A stretch of 64,000 nucleotides of DNA from Octopus vulgaris (GCA_951406725.2 OX597821.1:82832001-82896000); one strand, 5' to 3'; numbered from the stretch's first letter, positions 13,404-26,035 are shown. A program made the numbers and translations. Notes: a model not told the origin generated them from the sequence alone.

Positions 13404-14565
13404 GCGAATAGAACACAACATGTTGTAGTTGATGGAGTCCACTCAAACCCAGCAAAAGTCACCAGCGGTGTTCCCCAGGGAACTGTTTTGGGTCCGCTAC
13501 TCTTCATAATTTATGTAAACGACCTTTCCAGTGTCGTACATCACTGCAAAGTGAAAATATTCGCTGATGACACTAAGCTCCAGCAAATCATCAATGAAGA
13601 AGCAGACCGAACTCAACTCCAGTCTGACCTATATGCTGTGAGTCAATGGGCAGACAGAAACAAAATGCAACTGAATGAGGGAAAATTTGAGCTGATGCAT
13701 TTTGGAAGAAATTCCTCACTAAAACAACCATACTCTCTTCCTTCAGGGGAACCGCTCACAGCCTCTAACAATATCAGAGACCTGGGTGTAATTGTTGATG
13801 ACGATCTCAGTTGGAGTGCACACATCAACAAGAAGGTCGATACAGCTCGTAGGATGAGTTCCTGGATCTTAAGAACTTTCCGGTCCAGAGAACAAGGTGT
13901 CATCATACCACTTTTTCATCCTTTGTACGGCCACACCTTGAATACTGCTGCCCACTGTGGTCTCCTCACACAAGACAAAACATCTCCAGAATTGAGTCAC
14001 CCCAGAGGGCTCTCACTAAACAAATTGAAGGCATGGCTGCTCTCGACTATTGGGATCGCCTTAAAGCCTTGAAACTTTACTCCCTCCAGCGTCGCCGTGA
14101 GCGGTACATCATTTGTACGATGTGGAAAATATACCGCCAACTTTGCCCAAACGACCTAAACATTAGCTTCAAGGTTCATCCGAGACTTGGACCACGGGCT
14201 ATACGTCCCCTGCCAAATTCAAGATCACAACATACATGTACACTGCAACATAATTTCTTTTCCTCAACAGGCCCTGCCCTATTTAACATTGTCCCGAGGG
14301 AGATCAAAGAGGAAAAGGATCCCATCAACTTCAAACAGAGTCTGGATAGATTCCTTCAAAGAATACCAGACAAGCCACAATTGGATACAACTCACCCACA
14401 AGAACTCATACTTGAATATGGATACAACTCACCCAACAAGAACTCACTACTTGAACAAAACTTGACTTAAACAGGATTCGAATAATCCTATCAGGTGGTG
14501 CTATTAAGTTAGACATGGCCTGGACCAATCTCTGGTCGAAACATATCTAAGTTTTATCTAAGTTT
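13404..14565 (+). mobile_element. CR1-group LINE, 5'-truncated RT with frameshift and 3' tail
   Basis: VTSGVPQGTVLGPLLFIIYVND, FADDTKL, RDLGV and LYSLQRRRERY motifs. Ends in stem-loop + GAAAC + short tandem repeat. Confidence 0.92.
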
Positions 14566-14597
<32 letters not shown>

Positions 14598-14757
14598 TAT
14601 ATTTCAATACAGAGCAAATAATTTGGGAGAAAATATCTATGAAGATATTATTGACTCTGTTATTACTTAATGTAACAATTAAAAATGATAATAACAGAAT
14701 CAATAATATAGGTGACTGCAGGCCCCTCCAAAAACCATTAAATAGCTGAAGGATTAA

Positions 14758-14930
14758 AATTAATCAAACAACATACCAAGTATGTCCACCTGCTGGAAAT
14801 AACAATCAAAACTCTTATTTAAATCACTGGAAAAACACTGATAATACCAACAGAAATCAACCAATTTAAATAAGAGTTTTGACTGTTATTTCCAGCAGGT
14901 AGACAAACTTAGTATGTTCTTTGATTAATT
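14758..14930. repeat. Inverted repeat (about 67-bp arms, about 40-nt spacer)
   Basis: ACCTGCTGGAAATAACAATCAAAACTCTTATTTAAAT pairs with ATTTAAATAAGAGTTTTGACTGTTATTTCCAGCAGGT. Confidence 0.88.
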
Positions 14931-14944
14931 ATATATATATTACA

Positions 14945-16065
14945 GTTCTATATTAAGGAGATGAAGAATTATGTACATTATTTAGATTATTTATACTTGA
15001 TGGATATTTGTCCTCATCTTGTTTGCTGTTAACACAATGTTTCGCCTGATATACCCTCCAGCCTTCATCAGGTGTCTTGGGGAAATTTTGAACCTGGGTT
15101 CTCATTCCTAAGGTATTTTTGATGTTGCCATTATTATTATTATTATTATTAAGGTCACTGCTTGGAATTGAACTTGGAACCTTGGGGTTAGTAGCCCACG
15201 CTCTTAACCACTATGCCATATGCCCATGGGCAATTATGGAGTGAATTTTAGGGCTTATAAATCTAATATTCTCCTATCCTTCCTTAATACCGGTTCCCAT
15301 ATGCTGCTCATATCTGCACTCAGTCTGCTTAGGAGGTTGTTGTGTCCTAGCATATGTGCCGCTTCTTTTAGTTTTCATATTTTCCAGTGGTGTTCTCTGT
15401 CTATTATTTAAACTTCATCCCACAGGGGGAGGTGGTCTCCATTTTTCCATACATGATCAGCTATACCTGATTTATCAATATCTCCCCGTATCACAGCTTT
15501 GCGATGTTCCTCTACCCTTATTTTGAGGGGGCAGCATGTTTTGCCTTTGTATAACTTACCACAGCTGCATGGCATGGAATACAAGCAGTTCTTGGTCATA
15601 TTCTCTTCTATTGGTGGTTTTACTTGGAGGAGATATTTGCAAAGTGTTGTATTACTTTTGAATACTGTCCTGATGTCATATAGGCCCCATATCTTTTGTA
15701 TCTTTTCAGAGAGGCCTTTCATATAGGGTAGACAGCAAACTGTGGACAGTTTATTGGTTTCATCCTCTCTTTTCTTCATAATTGGAGTGGAGAGTATGCT
15801 TTTTAGGTAGTTGTTACTTAATAGATTGCTACTGAGCTTGATCATTTCTTCATGGTGGGTATCACAATCGCTACTTATATTCATTGCTTGATGTTTTAGG
15901 CATTGAGCAATCCCTCACTTTACACTGTATGGATGGTGGGAGTTGAAGTTTGAGGTATTGTCCAGTGAAGGTCGGCTTGCGGTATACGGATGTCCTGAAT
16001 CCATACTTGGTGCGTGTTATTAATACGTCCAGGAATACTAGCTGATTGTCTTTTTCTTTTTCCAT
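14945..16065 (-). mobile_element. Penelope-like retroelement, 5'-truncated and frameshifted (RT C-terminus, GIY-YIG endonuclease, 3' tRNA-like/hammerhead module)
   Basis: MEKEKDNQLVFLDVLI...SVYRKPTFTGQYL (PLE RT thumb) and NCLYSMPCSCGKLYKGKT..PLKIRVEEH...SGIADH (GIY-YIG). Confidence 0.9.
15031..15076 (-). ncRNA. Minimal type I hammerhead ribozyme motif in the Penelope 3' repeat (slightly mutated)
   Basis: Minus strand GACAC CTGATGA AGGCTG-loop-CAGGC GAAA CATT GTGTT. Confidence 0.65.
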
Positions 16066-16069
16066 TGTG

Positions 16070-16530
16070 AACTGACTGGCTCCTGTGCTGATGGCACGTC
16101 AGAAGCACCATCCAAACGTGGTCAATGCCAGGTCCACTTGACTGGTTCCCATGCCAATGGCACGTAAAAAGGTCCATCCAAACATGGCCAATGCCAGGCC
16201 TGCCTGACTGGTTCCTGTGCTGGTGGCATGTAAAAAGCACCATCTGAGTGTGGTCAATGCCAGTACCCGCTGACTGGCCCCCATGCCAGTGGCATGTAAA
16301 AAGCACTATCCGAACGTGATCGATGCCAGGCCTGCCTGACTGGCTCCTGTGCCAGTGGCACATAAAAAGCATCCACTACATCCTTGGAGTGGTTGGCGTT
16401 AGGAAAGGTGTCCAGCTGTAGAAACATTACCAGATCAGATTGGAGCCTGGTGCAGCCGCTGGCTCTCCAGACCTCAGTCAAACCGTCCAACCCATACCAG
16501 CATGGAAAACGGACGTTAAATGATGATGAT
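16070..16530 (+). mobile_element. RTE 3'-UTR-derived repeat with 66-bp tandem modules and (GAT)n tail
   Basis: TGACTGG recurs at 16073, 16139, 16205, 16271 and 16337. Conserved GGAGTGGTTGGCGTTAGGAA...CCGTCCAACCCAT end. Relatives at about 2690-3155(-), 17055-17618(+), 36000-36337(+), 55090-55585(-), 56945-57205(-) and 63740-64000(+). Confidence 0.8.
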
Positions 16531-17652
16531 ATATATATATATGAGTTAGTAGAGTTAGAAGTTGAAATAACTGTCTAAGGGATAAAAATATCACTTTTAC
16601 TACCGGTATAATTATCTATGTAAACCCTTCGTCTACACATGCAAGCATATTATGCTCATAGGATAGAGGCAACAACAAAGATAAACATGAGTTTATCAGT
16701 AATCAAATTTAAATTAAGCAGAAAATGGAGAAATCTTGATCAACAATAATTGACTAACAACAATTATTATTTTTTATGTATATAAATCATGGACTCTCCT
16801 GTTGTTAGACGACATACGAGGGTTCGGCAATTTCTTGCTGATATGATTTGTTTATAGTGATCAAATGTTTGTGTACACATAAGCTCTCTCATTCCCTCCA
16901 TCAAATCAACATTACCTGTACAGGTGCACCATGTGTCAGATGATGAAATTATCACTGAACAATGTGAAATGAAGTGCTTTGCTCAAGAACACAACACAAC
17001 GTTCAGTTAGGGAATTGAACCCACAATCTCACAATCATGAGTGCAGTGGCATACACCAGTGGTGTAACCAACCCACTTATGCATACCTTTCCTTCATTGG
17101 ACACTAAACTCTGCTTGCGAAGACCTGTTGAGGCAGGTGAAATCGAAATCAAATTTGATGACAGCACCGCATGACTGGCATCCGTGCTAGTGGAGCGCTA
17201 AGAGCACCATTTGAGTGTAATCATTGTCAGGACCACTGACTGGCTCCCATGCCAGTGGAACGTAAAAAGCACCATTCGAGCATGATCATTACCAGCGCCA
17301 CCTTACTGGCACGTGAAAAACAACATTTGAGCAAGGTCATTGCCAGTGCTGCTGGACTGGCTCCTGTGCAGGTGGTACATAAAAAACACTATTTGAGCAT
17401 GGCCGTTGCCAGTAGCGCCTGACTGGCCCTCGTGCCGGTGGCACGTAAAAGCACCTACTACACTCTCGGAGTAGTTGGCATTAGGAAAGGCATCCAGCTG
17501 TAGAAACTCTGCCAGATCAGACTGGAGCCTGGTGTAGCCATCTGGCTCGCCAGTCCTCAGTCAAACCGTCCAACTCATGCCAGCATGAAAAGCAGACGTT
17601 AAACGATGATGATGATGATTATATATATGTGTGTATGTGTGTATGTATCTAA

Positions 17653-17686
<34 letters not shown>

Positions 17687-18827
17687 ATTGATAAATACAA
17701 ATATATCAAACATAAGTGTTGGAATGAGATTTGCTTAATGGGTGCAAACCTAGGACATTCAAAGCATTTTCATCGCTGCCAAAAGGTTGGGGAATGGGGC
17801 CCCTTGCATCCTCTGTTCTTGAGCCTATAGTATCAATTGCTGACAACAGCATGTATCGTAATTATGAAATGGCAATTAAGACCTGCACCAAATGAGGAGG
17901 GGGGGATAATCGCAAGAATCAAGAATTTCTCTATTATAACTGATATACTGTTAAGTAGAAGGACAGGCTTATTGCTTGGAGATAGAACTTGTCCAAGTAA
18001 ATGCATAGTTATTGGGAAGACAAATACTTGATGGAAAGCTTAGACTGTTTCACCTGCTAACTCTTCTAATATCGTACCTTTCTCTTTGCCCTCGACGGGG
18101 CAAATACCAGCGTAAATTTGGAAGGGAAAAAGTTCCGTTTGGTTAACCATAAGGAAAAAGATCGGTCACATCTTTTAGTATATGGATTCATAAGCTATTT
18201 TTCCCCCTGACTGGAAGAACAAGATACCCCATGATGCATATCTTAGATTCATTGGGATCGTTATTTATCATGACTCTTGTTGGGCTCTTGACTCTGAACG
18301 AATGTTGGCAATATTTCTGTTACAGAATATTTTAAAATTTAAAGATAATACTAAACGTTTTTATACAAGATTGTTCCAAGGAAAGGAGCGGACTGAACAT
18401 TGCTGGATGCCCGATCCAACCCAAAGGCTCCATGTCTGACACCATAAGCATGAAAAGCAAACTGTGTTTACCTCGAAGGATTTGAACTCAGAAACGTAAA
18501 GGGCAGTGCAGTAACTCCATATGGCCAGGTATTTTGACCGAGCGCACTACCGATGGTGTTTAGCATAGAACAAAAAGCAACCCACCCCTCTCTCTTTCAC
18601 TCACGCGCGCAAACACACGTCACTGAGCGAAGAAGTGAGGGAACTGAAGAAAAATAATGTTGTAGGAAAATTTGTACAAAATATTTGCGAATTTCGTCAA
18701 TGTAAAAAAAGTTCTGCAAAAAACTTTGTTGGCAGAGATGGTCGTATAGAAGTTGATAATATTGTACGATTCTCATCACCGTCCCATACATATCATTATA
18801 AATAAACATTTGAGATCAGTAACTTAC

Positions 18828-18926
18828 ATGTCCGAAAGAATTCGGGTAGGTTCCACGAACTACCCTGCACCTTGGCTTTCGTACCGGTTGGACAGGTTCA
18901 AGCATTTTCATCGTACTCGCCAACAT
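18828..18926 (-). CDS. CFAP53: CFAP53 (CCDC11) coding exon 1
   Basis: Minus strand reads MLASTMKMLEPVQPVRKPRCRVVRGTYPNSFGH, then donor GTAAGT. RVVRGTYP resembles the CFAP53 N-terminal REVKGPTP motif. Phase 0 joins exon 2. Which of three in-frame ATGs is the start is uncertain. Confidence 0.75.
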
Positions 18927-19099
18927 TTTCGAATTTTATATATATATATATTAATATTTATGTATGTATGTGCGCATGCACGTTTCGCTGCTTTGTCTAC
19001 GTTTCTGTTTTTTTTTCTGATGTTTTCTTTAGTTAGTGAAGAAATCTATATTGTTGTGATGCGGGGGTCAAGTAGTGTGTTGTGTTGGAGTTTCTTGTT

Positions 19100-19210
19100 A
19101 GTAACGGAAGTACCAAGGTCGTTGCTATGGATGTCATGTCAAAGTTCATGCAGCGTATTTTTTCCCCTTTGTATTGACTGCTCGCTCTCGTTGTTAAGGA
19201 AGTGACGTCA
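19100..19210. promoter_or_regulatory. CFAP53 promoter region: ETS site, partial X-box and overlapping ETS-CRE composite
   Basis: ACGGAAGT near 19104, GTTGCTATGGAT at 19121, and GGAAGTGACGTCA at 19198-19210 containing a perfect CRE palindrome. Locally CpG-rich, 180-280 bp upstream of the ATG. Confidence 0.5.
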
Positions 19211-19997
19211 GGTGACAACAGATTAGACGACGCTTTCATTCAAAGTATTATTCAGTCGCGTCGCATTTATTGAATAGTAAAAAGACAAAATCGAATGTCG
19301 ATTCCCATTTTCTTTTCCTAATTTTCTCACTTATTTTTTCTTTCAACACTTTTATCAGGTTTTTGTGAACAATAACATTGTTGGTTATATATTTCTCACG
19401 GGCCAATCATTGTTTTATTGTATTTCTTATTGGGGAATTCTTTTTCCATATTTAATAAAATTAAGATTGTTTAAACTTTTATTTGAGCCCGAAAAGACAA
19501 GCTGATTAAGTAAGTTTTCTGTCTATTCGGCCTACGAAAGCAAGTTTCGTTTTTGACTGTATATATTTTTTCTGTCTTCTGTTACTGATATTAGAAGCAT
19601 GAGGATTGATTAGATGCAGCGAATAGCTACAGAATAACTAAGTTAAGATTCGAAATCGAATCCACATATTTCCGCATTGTCAAAGAATTGGTTAAAATTC
19701 GAAGAATTAAACTACGTTAAAGTTACGAATTACAATTTTGTTTACAATAATGTTTTCTTTTGACATATTCTACCAGTATACGAAGTTTCAAATTGTTTAG
19801 TTAACTAGAAAATTCCGTCCATCAAAAAGAAAAGATCCAAATCTTCAACTCATTATTTTAGCCATTTTGCACTCAAAGATTGATGTGAATGTGATGACCA
19901 TTTGATCTTTCTCATGGTATCCTTTGGTCAATTCTGAAGAACGAAGAACCCTATTGTTTTCAGTTGACTTAGTTGAATTGGTAAAATTATAGATACA

Positions 19998-20702
19998 CTA
20001 GCAGGACCCGTGAAAAATTCACGGAAAACATAAAAAGTGCAAGCATCTGTAAACAGTGTACTGGTGCCATGAGAAATGTTTGCATATTATGACTGTCTGT
20101 CTTTACGTTCTGAGTTCAAATTCTGCCGAGGTTGACGTTGCCTTTCGTCCTTTCGGAGTCGATAAATTAAGTACTAGTTGTGTACTGGGGTCGACCTAAT
20201 TAAGTGGCCCCTCCCCACAAAAATTTCAGGCCTAGAAAAGTATACTGTGACAGTTACAGAATATAGAAATTAGTGTAAAACCAATGACTATGTAATCCAA
20301 CCAAAATATCTCAGTAACACAAACGTAAACGGAATTACTATAATCTTAAAATACATCGTACATATTCAAAGAATCTTCTTGGTCTAGTGGTACGGAATAT
20401 TTTTCCGGTATTCCTTTATTCTTTTACTTGTTTCAGTCATTTAACTGTGGCCATACTGGAACACCGTCCTTTAGTCGAAGAAATTGACCCCTGGTCTTAT
20501 TCCTTGTGAGCCTAGTGCTTATTCTGTCAGTCTCTTTTGCTGAACAGCTAAATTACAGGAATGCAAATGCACTAACATCGAGAAAGAAATGATAAATGGA
20601 TTTAGGAACGGAAGTTTGGTAATTGCTTTTATTTCCACCATGTGACACATTATTGCAAACATATTTTAACTAACCTAAACTATACACACACACACAAATA
20701 CA

Positions 20703-20751
<49 letters not shown>

Positions 20752-21285
20752 CTTGAGTTGTAGGTGTAATTCAAAGGGGCCAACCTTGTCATATTCTGTG
20801 TGAGGCTGAATCTCCCTGAGAAGTACATTAATGTTATGCATATCTGTGGAGTACTCAGCCATTTATGAGTTAATTTTATCCTCGTGTGGTATAGAAAAGT
20901 GAAATTGACATCCAATATTTGCTGTGTTTATGTTAACTATGTATCTACTTCTCTTGCGATGTGATAAACATTTAAAAGCACAAAATGAACGTTGTCACCA
21001 CTCATTGTCTCTTTCACTCTCTCTTTCTCTCTCACTTTTTCTCTCTCTGTCACTCTCTTTCTCTTTTACTTCCTCTCTAAAACATTTAAAAACACAAAAC
21101 GAATGCCAACACCACTCACTGTTTCTTTCACTCTCTCTCTTTCTCTCTCAGTCTCTCACCTTCTCTCTCACTCTCTCTTTCTCTCTCATTCTCTCTCTCT
21201 TGCTTTGCTACTTCTTTGAAGTAAGTGTGACACACACATCAGGTACATATAAAAACAAAAAGTTAGCGTATTAATATTATTGAAT
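19998..21285 (-). mobile_element. Non-autonomous Helitron-like element with nested SINE fragments
   Basis: Minus-strand 3' end has hairpin CCGTGAA-TTT-TTCACGG followed by CTAG|T. The 5' boundary is approximate. Confidence 0.5.
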
Positions 21286-21747
21286 TATTGACAAGTAGAT
21301 ACCAGTTGATCTCTTTTGGAGGGACGCCATCTGGCTGAGAAGCAATCTTTCTCTCTCTATGCATGCAGGTAGACTTCTTATCATTTCTATATATCTACAT
21401 TCCATTTATTCTGTCTTTCTCTAGTAGTAACAGAACTAAAACAAATTTACTATCATGCAGAATAGAGATTTACCAGCAAACATGTACACACTCAAAAATA
21501 TTAGCTCCCTTCTAAGTATTAGAGACAGAGTAGAAACTTTGGCTTTAAAAATACAGTACATCAACCATTCTCAAACACCATAAACCAAACTTCTTAAGCA
21601 GCCTTTCAGTCCAAATCCTTAATTACACTAAAACTGAACTATATATTATTAGCACACAAATTTAAGATAGAATTTATGCAAAAATCCAAATTAATTCAAG
21701 GTTAGCATTTTCAATAATCAATAATGACCTTGATTATTAATTGGTTT

Positions 21748-21976
21748 TAACCCCTTTGATACCAACCCGGCCAAAACCGCCTCTGGCTCTGTAGTACAAA
21801 TGTCTTACTTTCATAAGTATTGAATTAAAATCTTCCACCAAACCTTAGTCACAATTTATGTTCCCAACACTAGTTTAATGATAACTGAGTTCTTTTACTA
21901 AATTCTTTGTTATATTTAAAATTAATTGAATGAAACACAGAGCATCTCAAAATAAACACGGTAACGAAAGGGTTAA
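21748..21976. mobile_element. TTAA-flanked (piggyBac-type) MITE
   Basis: TTAACCCCTTTGATAC...GTAACGAAAGGGTTAA. Related copies at about 1168-1395 (opposite orientation) and from 28298 onward. Confidence 0.65.
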
Positions 21977-23099
21977 AATATCCAAAACACACAGCTATAA
22001 ATCCATTCAATTTGATATTATTGATTACTATCCATCTGTAATCAAATTATAAATAATAAAAACATTAGAATTTGTTAACCACACACTAAAAAGTATTTTC
22101 TATGTTTCAGTAATAAAATCTAAATAAAAAAAAGTATGGCACTGAACTTTATTACATTAACGCAAGTGGATTTTTTTTTCTGCCAGAGGAATACATTCAG
22201 TCAGCTTCTATATACCCCATCCTGTTTATACTAAATTTAATGTTATATCTGAAGGCTTAAATGGGAGGAATATTTTACCAATAAAAAAAAAACAAAAAAA
22301 AAAACACCTTCAATAAGCAACAGGCTGACAAATTAAGTAAATATCTTAATTACTTTACTTAATGAGCCAAACCTAAAATGCTACCACAAGTACCACCAAT
22401 TACCATCTTAAAACAATTTTTTTTATGTAATCTTTAACCTACTTCACTTTAAGCCAAATAATTCTCTATTATATATAGACTGAATGATTATACCATGTAT
22501 ACCAAAGAATTTTTAAAATTTAAGCAAAAGAACTTACACCATCTCTTAATAGATTAGCAAACCTGTATAATGACACACTTGCACTTAGTAGTTTCAAAGA
22601 AAAAGCATTTTAATCTGGTCAAGACAGAAAAATGCAACTGCAAAGGAAAGATGTTGTGCTATAATTCATCTTATATCATCAATATTAGCTTCTTTGTTGA
22701 TAAAATGTATATTAAATAGTGTCCTCAATTAATAATTAGAAAATCATAATTAAAATAAATTATTCCAACCCAGCCTTAGTTATACCAAATATATAATTTT
22801 TTTTCTCTAAATTATTGTCTGGTTTGGTGCAATTAATTGCCTTACAAAATACCCCATATATTTTGAACTGTTATAACTATCTTATCAGAACCAAATACAT
22901 AGCAGTTTTGTAATTCCTAACCCATTTAAGCTCAGATTCAACAAATATAATTATACTTTTAGAAACACTCAGGAAAATTTGACACTTCATTGGCAACACA
23001 TATTTTGCTATCAAAAAAATAATACTTCTAACACTTTTAACATCTATTGACACCTTTTAGATTTTGGAAACCTTGCCTACAATTAACTATCTTCTGTCA

Positions 23100-24885
23100 T
23101 CTTTATACAGCTTCCTAACACCAACCACACTGAGAGTGTAGTGGGTGCTTTTTACATGCCACTGGCATGAGAGCCAGTCAGCCAACACTGGCATGAGAGC
23201 CAGTCAGCCAACACTGGCATCAGCCACATTCAGATAGTGTTTTTTATGTGCCACCAGCACAGGAACCAGTCAGAGTGGCGGGGTGTGAAAGCATTGACCA
23301 CATTCAGATGGTACATTTTACATGCCACTGGCATGGGGAACCAGTCAGGTGGCTCTGGCAGCAACCTGCACGTGAATGAATGGTGCTTATTGCATGCCAC
23401 CAGCACTGGTAACAGCCACAACTACAATTTCCATTTGATTGTGATTCGATTTGATTTTGATTTTGATTTACTTGACTCAATAGGTCTCCTCAAGCATGGA
23501 ATGTTGCCCAACAATTCAAAGGTACTTTTTAAATGGGCTGGTTATGTGACACTGGTGTAGGCTTTGGCTGTGATCTCACTTTACTTGCTGGGTTTTTTCA
23601 ATCACAGCATATCTCCAACAGTCTCGGGTTTTCATCATTGCCTCTGTGAGGCCTAATGTTCGAAGGTCATACTTCACCACCTCATCCCATGTCTTTCTGG
23701 GTCTTCCTCTTCCATGGGTTCCTTCTACTGTTAGGGAGTGACACTTCACACAGCTGTCCTCATCCATACATAACACATGACCATACCAGCACAGTTGTCT
23801 CTCTTGCACACCACATCTGATGCTTCTTATGCCCAACTTTTCTCTCAGGGTGCTTACACTGTTGTGTATGCACACTGACATTACACATCAAGCAGATCAT
23901 GCTAGCTTCATTTCTTTTGAGCTTATGCATGTCTTCAGTAGTCACAGTCCATGTTTCACTGCTGTGTAGCATGGCAGTTCACAAACATGCATCGTACAAT
24001 ATACCTTTTACTTTGAGCGAGAGGCCCTTTGTCACCAGTAGAGGTAGGAGCTTTCTGAACTTTGCCCAAGCTATTCTTATTCTAGTGACATCACTCTCTG
24101 AGCATCCACCCCCACTAAAGACTTGGTCACCTAGGTAGAGGAAGCTATCAGCTACTTCTAGTTTCTCCCCTTGGCATGTGATGGAATCAGTTTTCTGAGC
24201 ATCTGCAGTGTTTATTGACCCTGTGCATCTAGTGCACACAAAAGCTATCTTCCTGGTTAAGTTTCCCTTGATATTGTTGTACCTCTTATGTGTCCATAGC
24301 TTACACTGGGTACATCTTATGGAGTTTCTACCTACACCTTTACTACAGATCGAGCAAGGCCATCTATCTGAAGGGGTTTGTGATGTATTCACCTTCCTAA
24401 TTACTAGGACTTTGGTTTTTGGAACATTGACTCTAAGGCCCTTTGATTCTAGACCTTGCTTCCACACCTGAAATTTCTTTTCTAGTTCTAGTAGTAATTC
24501 TACTATGAGAGAAAGTTCACCAGCATGGAAGAGCTCCCAGGGACAGCCTGTCTTGAATTCTTCTGTTATTGCCTGGAGGACTATGATGAATAAAAGGAGG
24601 CTGAGGGCTGATCCTACCCGGAATTCTTCATTATACTCCTTGCTGACCCTTACCTTACTAATGGTATCCCTGTACAGCTCTTATTAACCACTTGTCAATC
24701 CCCAGTTTCTGCATCATCCACCAGATAAAGGATCAGGGGACCCTGTCAAAGGCTTTCTCCAAGTCAACAAAAGCCAAGTATAGTGGTTTATCTTTGGCTA
24801 GGTATTTCTCCTGAAGTTGCCGTACCAGGAATATAGCATCAGTAGTGCTTCTACCAGGCACAAAATCAAACTGCATCTCAACTTA
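23100..24885 (-). mobile_element. RTE-clade LINE, fragmented RT plus 3' UTR
   Basis: LESKGLRVNVPKTK, Cys-rich insert, FLYLGD, RIRIAWAKF, HSSETW, WYGHV and RGRPRKTW motifs in several frames. The 3' UTR with modular repeats follows the stop at 23576. Confidence 0.9.
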
Positions 24886-25589
24886 GCAGACTCTCTCCCT
24901 AATGGGGTTTTTACCACCCAGCTGAGTGAACCAAGTGCTTTTTACGTGGTACAAGCACAGGTAAGGTCAGTTTTGGCATGGTTTTTACAGCTGGATGCCC
25001 TTCCAAATGCCAACCATTTCACAGTGTGGACTGGATGCTTTTTAAGTGGCACCAGCACTGGCAGGGTCAAATAAATAAAATAATAAGCACAAATATTTCT
25101 GTGATAAAAACAAAAAAAAAGGTACTGAGAGACAATCTCTGATTGGCTATTACACTTCAAAATCAACCATTTACAACATGTTTGATTGGGTTGATGGATT
25201 GGCATCAGAGTTCTTTCATCTTGTATTACCTGAGCTGATCAATCAGCCTGGGTGTTCCAAGAGGGTTAAAATGTATTCTTTATTTCAATATTGTTTTACT
25301 TTCTTTTACTCAATTCTTTCTTGAACATAGACCTACATTTCATTGAGGCACATGGCCTAGATGTTAGGATGTTGCACTCATGAGGATCACAACATCATGG
25401 TTTTGATTCCTGGAGAAGGAGGCACATGGTGTTCTGGAGCAAAATATTTAATTTCATGTTGCTCTCTGATCACTTTGACATCTGACATGTAGCACTCCAT
25501 GCACAGGCATTGTTAAATCAATGGAGAGAATGAGCTCAGGTACAGCACAAACATTTCACTGTAAACAAATCATCGAGTTAAATACCTGA

Positions 25590-26035
25590 TTGTTTTATAT
25601 TATTTACATTCGACAGATATTTGTCCTCATCTTGTTTGTTGTTAGCACAACGTTTTGGCTGATATACCCTCCAGCCTTCTTCAGGTGTCTTGGGGAAATT
25701 TCGAACCTGGGTTCTCATTCCTAAGGTATTTTTCGATGTTATTATTATTATTATTATTATTATTGTTCAGGTCACTGCTTGGAATCGAACTTGGAATCTA
25801 GAGGTTAGTAACCGCACTATTAACCACTATGCCATATGCCCGTGAGCATATAATAACATCGAAAAATACCTTAAGAATGAGAACCCAGGTTTGAAATTTC
25901 CCCAGAAACCTGAAGAAGGCTGGAGGGTATATCAGCCGAAATGTTATGTTAACAACAAACAAGATGGGGACAAATATCCGGCAAATGTAAATAATGTAAA
26001 TAATAAACATAATTCCTCATCTCTTAGATATAGAT
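25590..26035. mobile_element. Second fold-back copy of the Penelope tRNA-like + hammerhead module (right arm lacks the tRNA part)
   Basis: Same sequence family, with hammerhead motifs at 25644-25689 (minus) and 25905-25950 (plus) and inversion at GCCATATGCCCGTGAGCATAT. Confidence 0.85.

Noticed and set aside
16070-16380. CRISPR-like array or tandem HDV-like ribozymes
   Set aside because: Whole units are homologous with no unique spacers, the context is eukaryotic, and I could not build the HDV nested double pseudoknot.
19890-19940. C/D box snoRNA (GTGATGA...CTGA)
   Set aside because: Only about 47 nt from C box to D box, with no terminal stem and no convincing rRNA complement.
21310-23100. 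A-rich tract possibly from an old LINE ORF1/endonuclease
   Set aside because: No sustained ORF or unambiguous motif.
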